Of a stretch of DNA of 64,000 nucleotides, positions 27,831 to 40,442 are shown piece by piece. The stretch comes from Chrysomallon squamiferum (taxonomy: Eukaryota > Animalia > Mollusca), in contig CM022679.1 of assembly GCA_012295275.1 (NCBI GenBank), forward strand, positions 12,152,001 to 12,216,000, written 5' to 3'. A program made the translations under genes and the position numbers. Each line of letters begins with the position of its first letter. The first letter of the stretch is position 1. A model generated the notes under the pieces. The model made no database searches. It saw only the letters and a list, made by a program, of their open reading frames with translations, and was not told the DNA's origin.

Positions 27831-28597
27831 CGTAAGTTATTTACAAATTTCAAGGCACAGTTTCGTATCAATCGTTAATGGGAGACAACTTTTGATGTCT
27901 TATTTTATGGTTACCTCATTATATCCCATTTATTGTTCATTTACTATTAATTTTACTTTTTGAAAAACGAACGAAATAATCAACATCATACAAAATATTC
28001 AAATAAATGATAACATGTCAGTATTTTCCACTATGATGCACCTACTTTTTATGTTCCTGTTACTCTTTTGAAATAAATGTAGGTATAGTTCCAATCACTG
28101 GATAATGTTTTCCTAAAATAGAATAGGAAACTTACTTAATCCTTCTAAATTTAACAGCTTAGTTCTTCATATGCCTCACCGTACATTAATGAATAGTTAC
28201 ACATTTCCTAGAATTAAAATAGAATATAACTGTTTAAAGGGTTTAAAAATATTGTGTCCTCAAAATAATCGGTGATAAACTATTTACTAGGTCTGAGTTT
28301 AGCTGACATAGAAAACCATATTTAAAACAAAATAACTTAAGAAGCTGTGGTAACCAGAACTAAGAAGCCAGCAAATCAATACTGTATGAAAACAACCAGC
28401 CCATGTAACAAGTAACTTCTGTTCAGAAAATTAAACACTTTTTAGTTTCTTTTCATAATTTAAATTATTTATTTAAACAAAGATGATGATGATTCTATTC
28501 ACTTATTGATAAGAAATGCAAACATATGTGCATAATGGTACAAGAAAAACATCAGCAAATATATAGATTTTGATCACAAATACTGCAACAGATGGGA

Positions 28598-28656
<59 letters not shown>

Positions 28657-28666
28657 CAACAATAAC
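28598..28666. repeat. (AAT)n/(AAC)n microsatellite
   Basis: Directly visible; source of the poly-N and poly-Y pseudo-ORFs. Similar arrays at ~9256, 10278, 37792, 39270, 53316 and 54599. Confidence 0.95.
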
Positions 28667-30174
28667 AAATGTTTTTGTAATTATAATAATGATAAAAACA
28701 ATGAAACAATAACCAAGTCACAGAGAAAAAAATCATTTAATAGAGTAGTGTACAACTCCAATCACATAACATATTATATAACACTGAATATACATCATTC
28801 AGGAACAATTGTTATTTTTAAGATGCTTTCACATTACAAAATATCCATTATATTTAGACAATCTAGACTACAGTTCACATCTGAATTTATGAAAAAAAGA
28901 AAGAAAAAAAGATAAAGAAAAATAAAAATAAAAATAATAATAATAAAATAAAAATTATATGTACGTGAACTAAGCCATAGAAATTAATAATGTATATACA
29001 ACCATCTGAATTTTCCTTTACAAAACAAAGAGCTCATTAACATACAGGGTTTAAAAAATTGTATAAATATATAATTGTAATGCATAAATAACAAAAACAG
29101 AAAAAAATAATTAAGGCACATTGAATATTATACAGAAATGTTCAATCTGACTACTTTTATTCAGCAGAAAAGTCTAGCTCAGGGCAAATTATTATTATTA
29201 TTATTATTTATGGGGTTTTTGGTTACAGAGTATGAATTTATTAAAAATAATTTATTTCATTAACTAAAGAAACCTGCATTATTTTAACAGAACTTAATGC
29301 TAAACTACAAATGAGTGCATACTAAAAGAGACAGGAAAGATGTTCACAAATGATACTACAAGCTCTTCCATAAACATGTATTTTAAAAAATATATAAAAT
29401 AATTGTTGCACCATTCAAACAAATGATTTTTTTTTTCATTAGAACAATATCATTTTCACAAAAAACCCACATTCAGATCAAAGAACAGTTAAACATCATA
29501 TACGCACTCCTTATGACTGATTCCCCCAAAAAGTAAAAAATGTAATAATATAAATATTCAACATTCATATTTTGAAAATGCAGAATTAAATACATTATAT
29601 TCTGTTAAAGTGTACCTTTGGTGATGAATATGTAAAGATTTTATACTTTTTTACATCACTTTGTTTGTCTTTGCTAATAATGAGGGATGACAATAAAATA
29701 ACAAGTTTTTGTATTTTTGTGATTTATTTTTACCATAATGAACTCATTATATTATTATGATAAAATTACATATTAGGAAAGATTAGGAAAAAAATTCCTT
29801 GGATGTCTGTAACATGCTTTTAGGCTGTTCCTTGGTACCCCATAGATACAAAGAAAACACATTAAAACCTGATTCAATACAAAGAGAAAAAACAGAAATT
29901 GATATTCCACGTTATCTGAACACTTTAGGGATACTGCAAACATTTTTATCATGGAATCAGTTAAGATTTTACTTATAAATTAATACATGCTTTGGTCATA
30001 ATTTAACTAAATGAATATAAAATTACTGCAATTAATGTACATGATTATTTAAAAACTGACAAAGATTAGAGAAGTTATTATGCAGTGTAAATCAAGTTCA
30101 GGATCAAAACAAAAAATATTCTTCAGATCCTTGAGCAAAATACTTTGGGAATGTTGATTTAGGATGATTATCTT

Positions 30175-33100
30175 TTAAGGTGATTTCTGAAATGCAAAAT
30201 AACAAATTTAAACATTGAGACAAAGGAAATACTATTTTATAAATGCATCATATTTTTTTCTAAAAAGAGAGAAAAAATAAAAGAAAGATATGTAATGATA
30301 ATAAGTAAGAAAGCTTAAAAAATATTTTGTCCTCAAAACATAATAATAATGAAGATTGTAAATATTAAAATTTTAAAACACATTCATTAAAAAAAGTGTA
30401 GGCTTTATTTTCTGATTATTTCTGATTGTTTTTTTATAAATTATAAACAATGAAACATGTGAAGAAATTTAAAATCAGTTATTATAATATTTTTTAAAAC
30501 TGTAAAACACCCACACAAATTAACAAGGAAAAACAAAACTGCAAAAATATTTTAACAAACCTTTGACACAGGTCCTTCCTTAAAATGAAAATCCATAAAC
30601 ATGGTTGGGATGTTGTTGCCAAAATAGATTTTAGTGTTGTTAGCAATAGACTGTAATCTCACCATTTCCAAGAATTCTTTGCTCAATTTAAGCTGAAGGA
30701 TAAAATAAATAAAAATGTACTTTTTATTCACAATTAAAACATCAAAGAGTAATAATTTGTAGTAGTTAAAGAAGTTTATTCATTTATTTGTGTTCATTTC
30801 TTTTTTAAATTAATTGCACAATGTTTACCTTTTTATCAATTTTTCTTCTGGACAATGACAAAATAGCATATGCACTTTATATTCATGTATGTTAATAACA
30901 TTTATCAAAACAGGCTCAGAAAACAGTTAATAATAATATCAATAGTCTAGTAACTGCTTTTTAATGACAGACAAAAGCGTATATCAAATATATTGCTACT
31001 TTAACTGTTGATTCAGGAGAATGGTATTTAGAGCTAACCGTTAACTTAAAAATAAATTCAAGGGTCCTATCAAGATTATTTGAACAACTATTTTTTATTT
31101 ATAACCATTACCTTCTAACAAACACTTGTGAAACCAATTTACAACTCTAATAAATCTTAAATTACAACCAGATTCATGTGCAGTAAACAGGTAATAAAGA
31201 TATATTGAAAGTATGATATATAGCTTTTATTCAGGAACTAATATTTCTATTCATTTTGGATAGATATGATTATATATGGAAGTTTTATTACAAAATAAAT
31301 TTTAACTGATAATTATTTACTGCTAACATGTCATTATTCCAGTTATTATACATGTACACAACAAGCTGCTTTTATGTGGGCAGGATTTTTACAAAATAAC
31401 TTTGCCAATAAAATATACTTAATAAATTGGAGAATTAATCATTTTTATTTTGTATTATTCATCTACAATGGAATGGAATCTTCTTAAAGGAAAATAACAA
31501 ATGTTGCAAGAAAACAAAAGTGAGATAAATTAAAACCAGATGTATCAAGACATACCTTATTAGCCTCAGATTCTTTCAATGACTTGTAATATTCAGCATC
31601 AGCTCTTGATTTTTCTCTGGCCAAATGTGCTATGTCTGTATATAATAAAAATAAATAAAAAATAATATATATATATATATATATATTTATAAAATGAACT
31701 CAAGTTTATTTAAATATACACATTTTAATTGACAAATGTCTTGAGTAATAAAAATAATATTCCTGCTCTTGATTTAAAATTTAGAAATAAAACAAGAAAA
31801 ATGATTCAAAAGACTAGCTAACCTTCTATTTCTGACATTCTCTTTTCAGATTCCTTTTCCATAACTTTCTGCTCCCAGTTTATCTTAGCAACCTGAGCTG
31901 TTTTCTCTGCCTCTGTAAACAAATCAAATAGTAACTGTATGGGTATTTGAAGCCCTTAATTGAAATACACTGCTCAAAAATTAAATTATTAATATGAAAT
32001 AGTTAAGCACATTTATTATAGTTCTGTCAAAGCAGTATAGTTATACAACTGTTTGTAAAACAAAATAAGACAAAGTATTTCAGACTAAAGAAGAATAAGT
32101 TTGAAATACCAATAATAGCTTTTTTCCTCTCTGTTTCGGCTTCCTTCTCAACAACTTTCTGTTTCTGAACTGCAATTAACAGTTTTGTTTTCTCAGCTTC
32201 CCTGGAAAGAAAACAATTAGATTATGTCCAAACACCTAGTTAATGCCTCCAGTGTTATTCAGAATCAAAACAGAGATAGAATTAACTTAAAAGTGGACAA
32301 TCATGGTGCACAATTTTTTTTAGAAAATAATAATCAATACATTAATGGCTACACTTTTTAATCATTTGTAAACAATAATTGCAGGGTGTTTTCTTCTAAT
32401 GAATTTATAAATGATATTCCTTCCACTTTCCATCAGTTTTATCTCTGTCTCACTGTGGAACAATAAAAAGAAAAAATATTAAAAAAAAAGAAAATAAAAA
32501 TAAAAAGATTAAAGCTATCAAAACAGTACAGATTTATTGGGAACAATCAGTGAGTTAGTGAATAACTTGCTTAGGAATATATTTTAGAATTCTGCAATTT
32601 CTTATAAACATTTGAAAATATTAAAAATTGAAAGTTTATATTAATAATGCAACAGTATTTTGTCCCTGCCTGAATAACAGAGACTTACATGGCTTCATAG
32701 TTTTTACGAATAGACTCAGGTATTTTGGGCTTTGTAACCCTGACAGCTTGAACTGTAAGTCCTGGAGCAAGAGTATTCAAATCTTTTTGTAGAGCCAATT
32801 TTAAATTTTCATCTATTTGATCTGAAAGGAGAACAAAATAGACAATACAGAACTGCATGTGGATTACTTGCTAGTACTATATCACTTCTGATTAAATTGG
32901 TAAAATACTTTTTGCTCAAATGAGTGTTATGTAATAGAAAATCAGGATAACATTAAGGATGTTCTTCTATTCTATCATTAGCAGGACAGAGACAGATAAA
33001 TGCATAATCAAAGAAAAATATCTATTGACATAAATCACAGAAATAGATCCTTCTAAGCAAAATAACTTACCAAACAAGTCTATGTAGACTTCCTGTAAGT

Positions 33101-33276
33101 TATGAACACTGCAAAACTGATTCAACTCATGATGCACCTTGTTATAGATCAGCGTTTTATCATAGTCAGCAGTGTAATTTCTAACAATATCTAGAGCTGA
33201 AAACAAAATAAAATTCATTTCATTATAGAAAAGTGACTTTATTCAAGATTAGGTAAACTTATTTTTGTTCTTTTTA

Positions 33277-33314
<38 letters not shown>

Positions 33315-34974
33315 AATATATCAATAATGAACCAATTGCAATTTGTTTAAAAAAAAAGTGCATTACACCATTCTGCATTTAGAAACAAATATCTGTGAAA
33401 ACTCACCTGCCCAAGCCATTAATTTGTTGACAACCTCTATACGTTCAAAAAAGATAATAACACCACCACTGAAAAATTAAACAGTCATATCATAAAAATT
33501 GTGTATTCATATTTAATACCTGATAAATGAATATTTGAAGTATATGTACATTTATATTAATCTTTTAAGGACTGCATGTTATATATTTTATAGTTTACCT
33601 GGTGCCACATGGTACATTTTTTACTTCATCTGTCTGTAATGTTGTCTAGAAAAAGAAATGTAAAACTAGTATTAAATTATATGTATTTAAGGAAAACAGT
33701 TTATTTCTTATACCTGTAGCCTATATAATACATAAAACATTTTTTAAAAATCAGTATAAATACATATCCATATTTTGTTAATTCACCATTTATTTTATTT
33801 TTTAATTACATTTTATTTTTTAATTACATTTGTTTCAAGGCATGGAAAGAAAATAATGAAAAACATTTTGTTGACATCAACACAATTTTTTTTAAAGAAT
33901 TTTATTAGTTATATTTATATTTGAATAAAAGAATTTCACCTGAACATATCTGTAACTTGTCAGAATAGGTAACATGAAGTGGTATCCTGGACCACTAGTA
34001 GTTGAAAGTAAGGCACCACCCTGGAACAAGAAAATACAGAACATTATGTATAGTCATAACTGTAAAAGAGTCTAATTAGCATCATAAATTCTTAAACATA
34101 ATGAATGTAAGATTAGCAAATAAACAGAATCATGTATAAACACAGAGATTTAAACACTTAGTTTGGCTGAATATTGAAAGAAACGAAACTCAACTATGAA
34201 CAGACACTACTTTAACATTAAAAGTTGAAATGTATGCACATTACACTTACCCTGTAATACACACCAATGTGCCCTGGAAAGAAATTAAAGAAACCGTTTT
34301 ATTATAAATACTTATCACAAACACAAAAAAACAATCTTCAAAATTACAGGGTTTTTTTTTTTTTTTTTTTTTTTTAATTTCTAGTGATTAAATATTTATT
34401 TGATTATCTGGCTCATTTATTTGAAATTTTATCAAACAAGGTTACTTAAAACAGTCATTAATGTCAGAAGAATGGTTTGACTTTCCATGTAGCTATTGTA
34501 ACTACATCAGATTTTCAACTTCTACCATATTCCATTAGATACCCACTTTAATAGGAAAAGGCTAATAAAACTGTCAGTATAAATTTACAAACAGATAAAC
34601 ACAGACTAGAAAATTAGTGTTAGTTTCATTACATTGTAATAATAATAATCAGTTAAACTTAAAGACAGGAATTATTTTTAAAAAATCATTCTTTTAATGC
34701 TTATAAAGTTATTTATATTCAAAAGAGATAGTAAATAATGTATATGACATTAAAAACCATTTAAAATATGAATTTTAGATTCTTGGCTCAATTGTAGACA
34801 TTATGTTTCATAATTATGATATCAAATGTATGTAATAATTAATTTTTTCTAAATATTTGAATTTTTAAGCTTAAATTATAAATTACCTTCTTCTATTTTG
34901 TGAATAGAGAAATTAACAAAGATGGCCAGTGCTAATCCACCAATACCAAGAATAGTAATAGCTGTCTGTGACAT
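30175..34974 (-). CDS. ERLIN: Erlin (ER lipid raft-associated SPFH/band-7 protein, erlin-1/2 homolog), 12 coding exons, 321 aa
   Basis: Exons: 34974-34887, 34273-34251, 34020-33940, 33645-33599, 33468-33407, 33196-33071, 32821-32689, 32201-32110, 31912-31823, 31635-31556, 30692-30561, 30186-30175 (last exon KSP* is less certain). Translation has an N-terminal TM segment, [110 protein letters not shown] and KIYFGNNIP. Confidence 0.96.
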
Positions 34975-35289
34975 AGTTTCTCTTCAGTCTCTAACAAAAA
35001 GAAATTTAATAGATAAATCATTAAATGAGTTTTCATAAGCAAGGTTTTGTTTAAAAAGGTTACATAATTAAATAACTTCTTAAAGAAATATATATATAAA
35101 ATGTTAAATCAATATAAAAATCTTTAAACCTGAAAAAAATAAAATAAATACATAAAATAAAGAAAAGAATGAAATGCTTTAAATTTTATTTTCTGAATTT
35201 CAAAACATTAATATAGTTAAAGGAATATAAATTTTCTGCTTTCTATAATAATAATAATTCATAAATTATGTTGTAAATACCTTTTCTTC

Positions 35290-36350
35290 TATATTTTAGA
35301 CTATGGTAGTGTATTTAGGCAGTAGATAGTTTGCTGTGAACTCATTTAACATTTCAAGGCTATTTGGCCATGAGTTCTCAAGAGCATGTGCATCATTTTT
35401 TGTACTTAACGCTGTTACCAAAGTGATATGCTACAAAGTTAATTTTTGTTTACTATTCTACTCTGAAGAATGCTGCTGCAGTCATCAGTAGCAGCACTGA
35501 GCTGTTGTAGAGGTACTCACATTACATTTCATTCTTCTTTTGAAATGAGTGCGCTGGGCTGCTTTGTGAGACTACTAACCAGTTAAACTTAGTGAACAAG
35601 ACACTGCTGGAATGCACAGCAGTTCCACCAAATATCATCAATAGTCATACAAGTCAGATTTTGGCTAATGGAGACAGCCATGTATATTTTTTGCCATTGG
35701 TATTATAAGTCGTTCTACTTTTACTAGTTTATGTAAGTTAATACATTATCTACAGGCAGAAAAATCTGAATGAGAAAGTTGGGAACTGTTGTAATGTTAC
35801 ATAATCAGACACACTTTTAGACAACAAAACTAAACCAATAGATAACAGTGGTAACAGAAGTAATGACATAAGTAATCTCGAATTACGAAATGGTTAATTT
35901 CCTGATACCCCAAAATTAAAGATTTTCACTGACAGAGTATGGTAGAATTTGAACATTGTATTTTAACACAATTTATGCCCACTTGTTTCAAAAAAAAAGG
36001 ATGAAAAGCAGTTGAAGAGATTAATTATACAACAACACAATGCTGCTACTGATAGCTCCATCAATGTTCTCCTGAGTAAAATTGTTTGTGTATTGTTTTG
36101 ACGGAAGTAGGCCCTAGTAATAGTATAAATAGCGAAAAAGATCTAAGAGTCCCAAACCTGTCAGAAAGCGTGCCCGTCGTAGACGTGCTTCACAACAGCT
36201 TGCTCAGATTAGCACGTTAATTTTTTTCACTTCACTTCACTAAAAATGCGACCAGATCGCTTTAACAAAGATGCGAAGGCCAAACAAATGACACAACTGC
36301 ACATGCTCAACCGAAACAAACAGTCAAACAGTCGTAGAAAATGTAAAACT
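35290..36350 (-). mobile_element. Possible highly decayed DNA-transposon relic in erlin intron 1
   Basis: GC-richer block inside an AT-rich intron. Broken minus-strand frames give NNFTQENIDGAI and KYNV(P)NSTIL, reminiscent of the psq/CENP-B HTH of pogo-like transposases. No TIRs identified. Confidence 0.25.
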
Positions 36351-36572
36351 AGTTCACGGTGAAATATCCACCGTTTAATATTTATTAATAATAATGATGA
36401 ATAGTGAATACAGTAAATTGAGTAATAGTCATAATAATTGTCACATTGTGTACGATTTCATAATAATAATTATTTTAACGGATTAAGTAATTACGAGATA
36501 ATTATGCAGGCAAACCATTTACTTTACATTAGGTCCTTAATTATTAATTATTTTAATCTAAATCAATATTAC

Positions 36573-36900
36573 CTGAATGAATCTGCTGAAATTTTCAGTG
36601 AAAACTGAAATAATACGTAAAACCGGACATTCAGTGATTCACTTTATTGGTGAAAACTGCTTTAAATAACGAATAACCAACGCAAATAATTCACAATATC
36701 ATATAACCAAAACTTTATGCAGTCTTATATAATATTTAGCGCATAATTATATTTTAAATAAATCGCAAATATTCAATCCAAACTCACGTGTTATTATTTA
36801 AAACAAGCAAAACACTTGGGTAATCACGTCTCTGAACAGCGCCACCTACACGTGTTTGTCTATGTTGTATCTTCCTCCATTTTGGTGAGCCAAACCCAAA
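36573..36900. promoter_or_regulatory. Erlin non-coding exon 1/promoter with E-boxes and a CTCF-like site
   Basis: Minus-strand donor CAG|GTAAT at 36572/36573; CCAAT on minus at 36646-36650; CACGTG at 36785 and 36849; ATCACGTC at 36823; CAGCGCCACCTAC at 36837-36849; CpGs retained locally. Confidence 0.55.
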
Positions 36901-37699
36901 TTGTTTCAGAAAATATGCTTTTTTCTTCTTTTTTTCATTAATATAAAATAATTATAATGTTCTTAATAATTTATTTATAAAAAAAAAAGCAGAAAGAAAG
37001 GAAAATAAAAAGGATTAACGATAAACAGAAAACTAATATTTAAACAAATTATTTTAATAAATATGCCAACTTTTTTTTTGTTAGACTAAAATATTTCATT
37101 CTGTATATATTTGGTTTAGACTATAGATATCAGTATAGATACCTTCTACACTTTTAAAAAATGTTTAGGAAGTATATGAGATTTTTCCTGCATCATCTTA
37201 AGATGAAAAATAAATAAATTAATTAATTAATTAATATATGATAAATAAAATGGGTTCTGCATGCAAAAAATTATATTGCCTTTCCGCCTGCGGTACACAG
37301 GTTACCTATCATCTTAACATTATACAACAGTTTCTACACAGAATGATATATTAATAAAATTAATATTAATGAAACTTCTACATATTTTCATTGAATACCT
37401 ACTGCAGAAAATAAATAGCACATTCAGCAACAGAACTTACGTAAATAATAATTTAAAAAAAGTAAATAAATAAATAAATAAAATAATAATAATAACTGCT
37501 GCCGTTTGCAGATCAATAAATGAAATCAAATAACGATTCTAAAGCCTGTGATTTTTCTTCATTACGCATGTGCACAAATCTGTGAAAGAAAAGCTCAAAT
37601 TTTCCCTGATCTCGTTTACATTTTCCAAAATACCTAACAGTGATTCATTTCTACGACCACTTCTTAAATTACTAAGAACATAGTGTAACAATATAAATG

Positions 37700-37790
37700 T
37701 GTTATATTGCCAAAAATTCGCTATACTCTGAGTATCTCGCAAGATTTCGTTTGCGCTACGACAAACTTAACCGATTTGTAAAAAGGACGA

Positions 37791-37833
<43 letters not shown>

Positions 37834-38030
37834 GATAAAGATAAACCGTAGGTCACTGAAAAATTCTTAAGAATCAGTATACGTTTAGCCGTATGACAGC
37901 GAGCGACTAATTGTGCTATCTTCCAGTCTGTGTAGAGTAAGAAAAAACACCATAATAATGATTTGACGTCGATTGATAATATTACCTCTTCCGTTTAAAG
38001 GATGACGTCAGCAACTAAAAGCTCTCCCTG
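37700..38030 (+). promoter_or_regulatory. Probable promoter of the plus-strand FAM186-like gene
   Basis: CpG-retaining block with a perfect CRE TGACGTCA at 38003-38010, a near-CRE TGACGTCG at 37964 and TCTCGCAAGA at 37735, about 0.5 kb upstream of the first predicted ATG. Confidence 0.4.
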
Positions 38031-38062
38031 ATTTATTAATTTTTTTTTTCTGTTTGTTTTTG

Positions 38063-38099
<37 letters not shown>

Positions 38100-38518
38100 T
38101 TTATTTTTATTACTTATTGTTATGCAAAGGTTTATTATTATTACTATTATTTTTAAATATCTTTACAATATTTTATTAACTAATATTTAGTCAAAAAAAA
38201 AGCATGATGTATTTTCTTCTTTTTTTATCTTTGGACGAATCCATCATGAGAGTTTGATTTTATGATCGCTGTAACAAATTCCCACAACTTCAAAACGAAA
38301 GCTGTATTTTTTGTTCGGGCCGACAAATCATTTTCAGTATTGTAATAACGATTTAATTCACTGCAATTTATACGAGTTCGTTTGTTTTTAATTTTGTTTC
38401 ATTTTTAAAAGTTTCAAGAATAACCACTTAGGATTAGACTTACAGAAGGGAAAACGAAGAATTAAAATGATTAGTTACAGAATCTACTCTTAATCTAAAG
38501 ATAATAAAGTAAAGAAAT

Positions 38519-38686
38519 ATGAAAATTCAAGGTTAGTTATTCGTTGTTTACAAATAAAGAAAAATTGTCATCTTCATGCATCCACTCATACAAAATAAAG
38601 TCGGTTTTAATATTAATTTTATCTTCCGAAAAATGGACTGATATCTTAAGTATTATTCCTTACTTAAATGGAAAAGTTATCGGATA

Positions 38687-38733
<47 letters not shown>

Positions 38734-39259
38734 AAATTAATTACCACCACAAAATGAACAATAACACTAATAGTAAATGTAAAACGTTATTTTAATGTTT
38801 ACATATAACTATAATGAAATAATTATTAAACTAATAAGAATCCGTTGGATAGATTTTTCTGTTTTCGTTAATTTTATTACAATGTTTATCACTTTGTGAT
38901 TTAACATGATAAATAAAACTGATTTTAAGCTTAACCAGTTCCTTTCATTTCTATAACAAACATTTCGTTTTCGACAGGACCATCAACCTCAGAACCCCCA
39001 GGAGCAACTTCTAAGAAACGTAAAAGGTATGCTGGTTTAAAAATTCATAACTGCTAAAATAAATAAATAAATAAATGTAAGTTGACAAAGATTATGTCAG
39101 CTTCACCTGTAAATTTTTGTAAAGAAAATGTATATCAAATGAACGATTTCATGTACAAGCACCAGATGGTGACTAATATTTTAAAAAGAATAATATAAAT
39201 AAACTGTTTAATGGGCAAAATAAATCATCCTATTGATAAAAGATGCAAGACTGATTAGA

Positions 39260-39328
<69 letters not shown>

Positions 39329-40343
39329 ATTGTTTTCATAATCATAATAATCATTATTATATCATCAAAATCACTGCTTTTAATTTAGTTGAATTCTTTT
39401 TCCAAGCTCGACATCATCTACAAGAGGTCGAAAAACCAAAGAAATAAACAAATATGAATCAATTGAAGATGACCAGAGAAGTGTACCAAGAATGTCAGCT
39501 TCAAAACAAACAATTAAGTCAAGAGATATTTCTTCAGCAAGCAGCAAATTTGATATCCACACAAAAAACTCACAGAGGAGCTTTCCAGAAATCAGGGTTG
39601 GGGATGTAGTTGTTTGTGCTTCCTCAGAACTGCCACTGAAGCCGAAGCTGTCAAATCAGTTTTTAAAGGAATTGGATGTGTCAAACAGTCAAGTACAGTT
39701 AGATCGTTCACAGTCATCACTTTTTGAAATTAAAGTCAACACAAAGGAGAAGGAAAGAAGGAAAATTTTATTTGAATTAAGCAAAATCAATGACCGTATC
39801 AATAAGGTAACAGAATTTTTAACCTTATTTTAATCTGTACAAACAAATATCCAAATGTTTCAGTGTCTTTCAGTAACACAGCTATTTGAAGGAAAAAGGA
39901 ATGAATGTTTTATTTAATGACTTCAACATATTTTAAATCAAGATTTGGTTAAAATAAAGACCAAATAAATAAGGAAACAGCAAATCAGACATTGTTGGAT
40001 AGTCTTTTCCAATCAGCAATAAAGAAAATGTCTTTTTAGTGTTTTGTAATGAACCTTCTCATAGACAAGAAAACATATGATGCAGTTTGTATGGCAATCA
40101 TTCAGCAAAACCCCAGTATTAGTGCATATGAGTATGATTCCTCTGATCCTCAGGGATCAGACTTAAACTTTATCAGTTAGAACCTGGGTCTTTGGTTATA
40201 TTAAGTGTTTCGAGGTAGATGATCTCTGAATCAAATATGTACATTATGACACGATTCACAAGGCTTCCAGAAAATATTTACTTTATTTTCTTGTTGGCTG
40301 ATGCTCTATTTCTCTTTTCTGTGTGTTTCTCTGTGAGTTTTTC

Positions 40344-40442
<99 letters not shown>

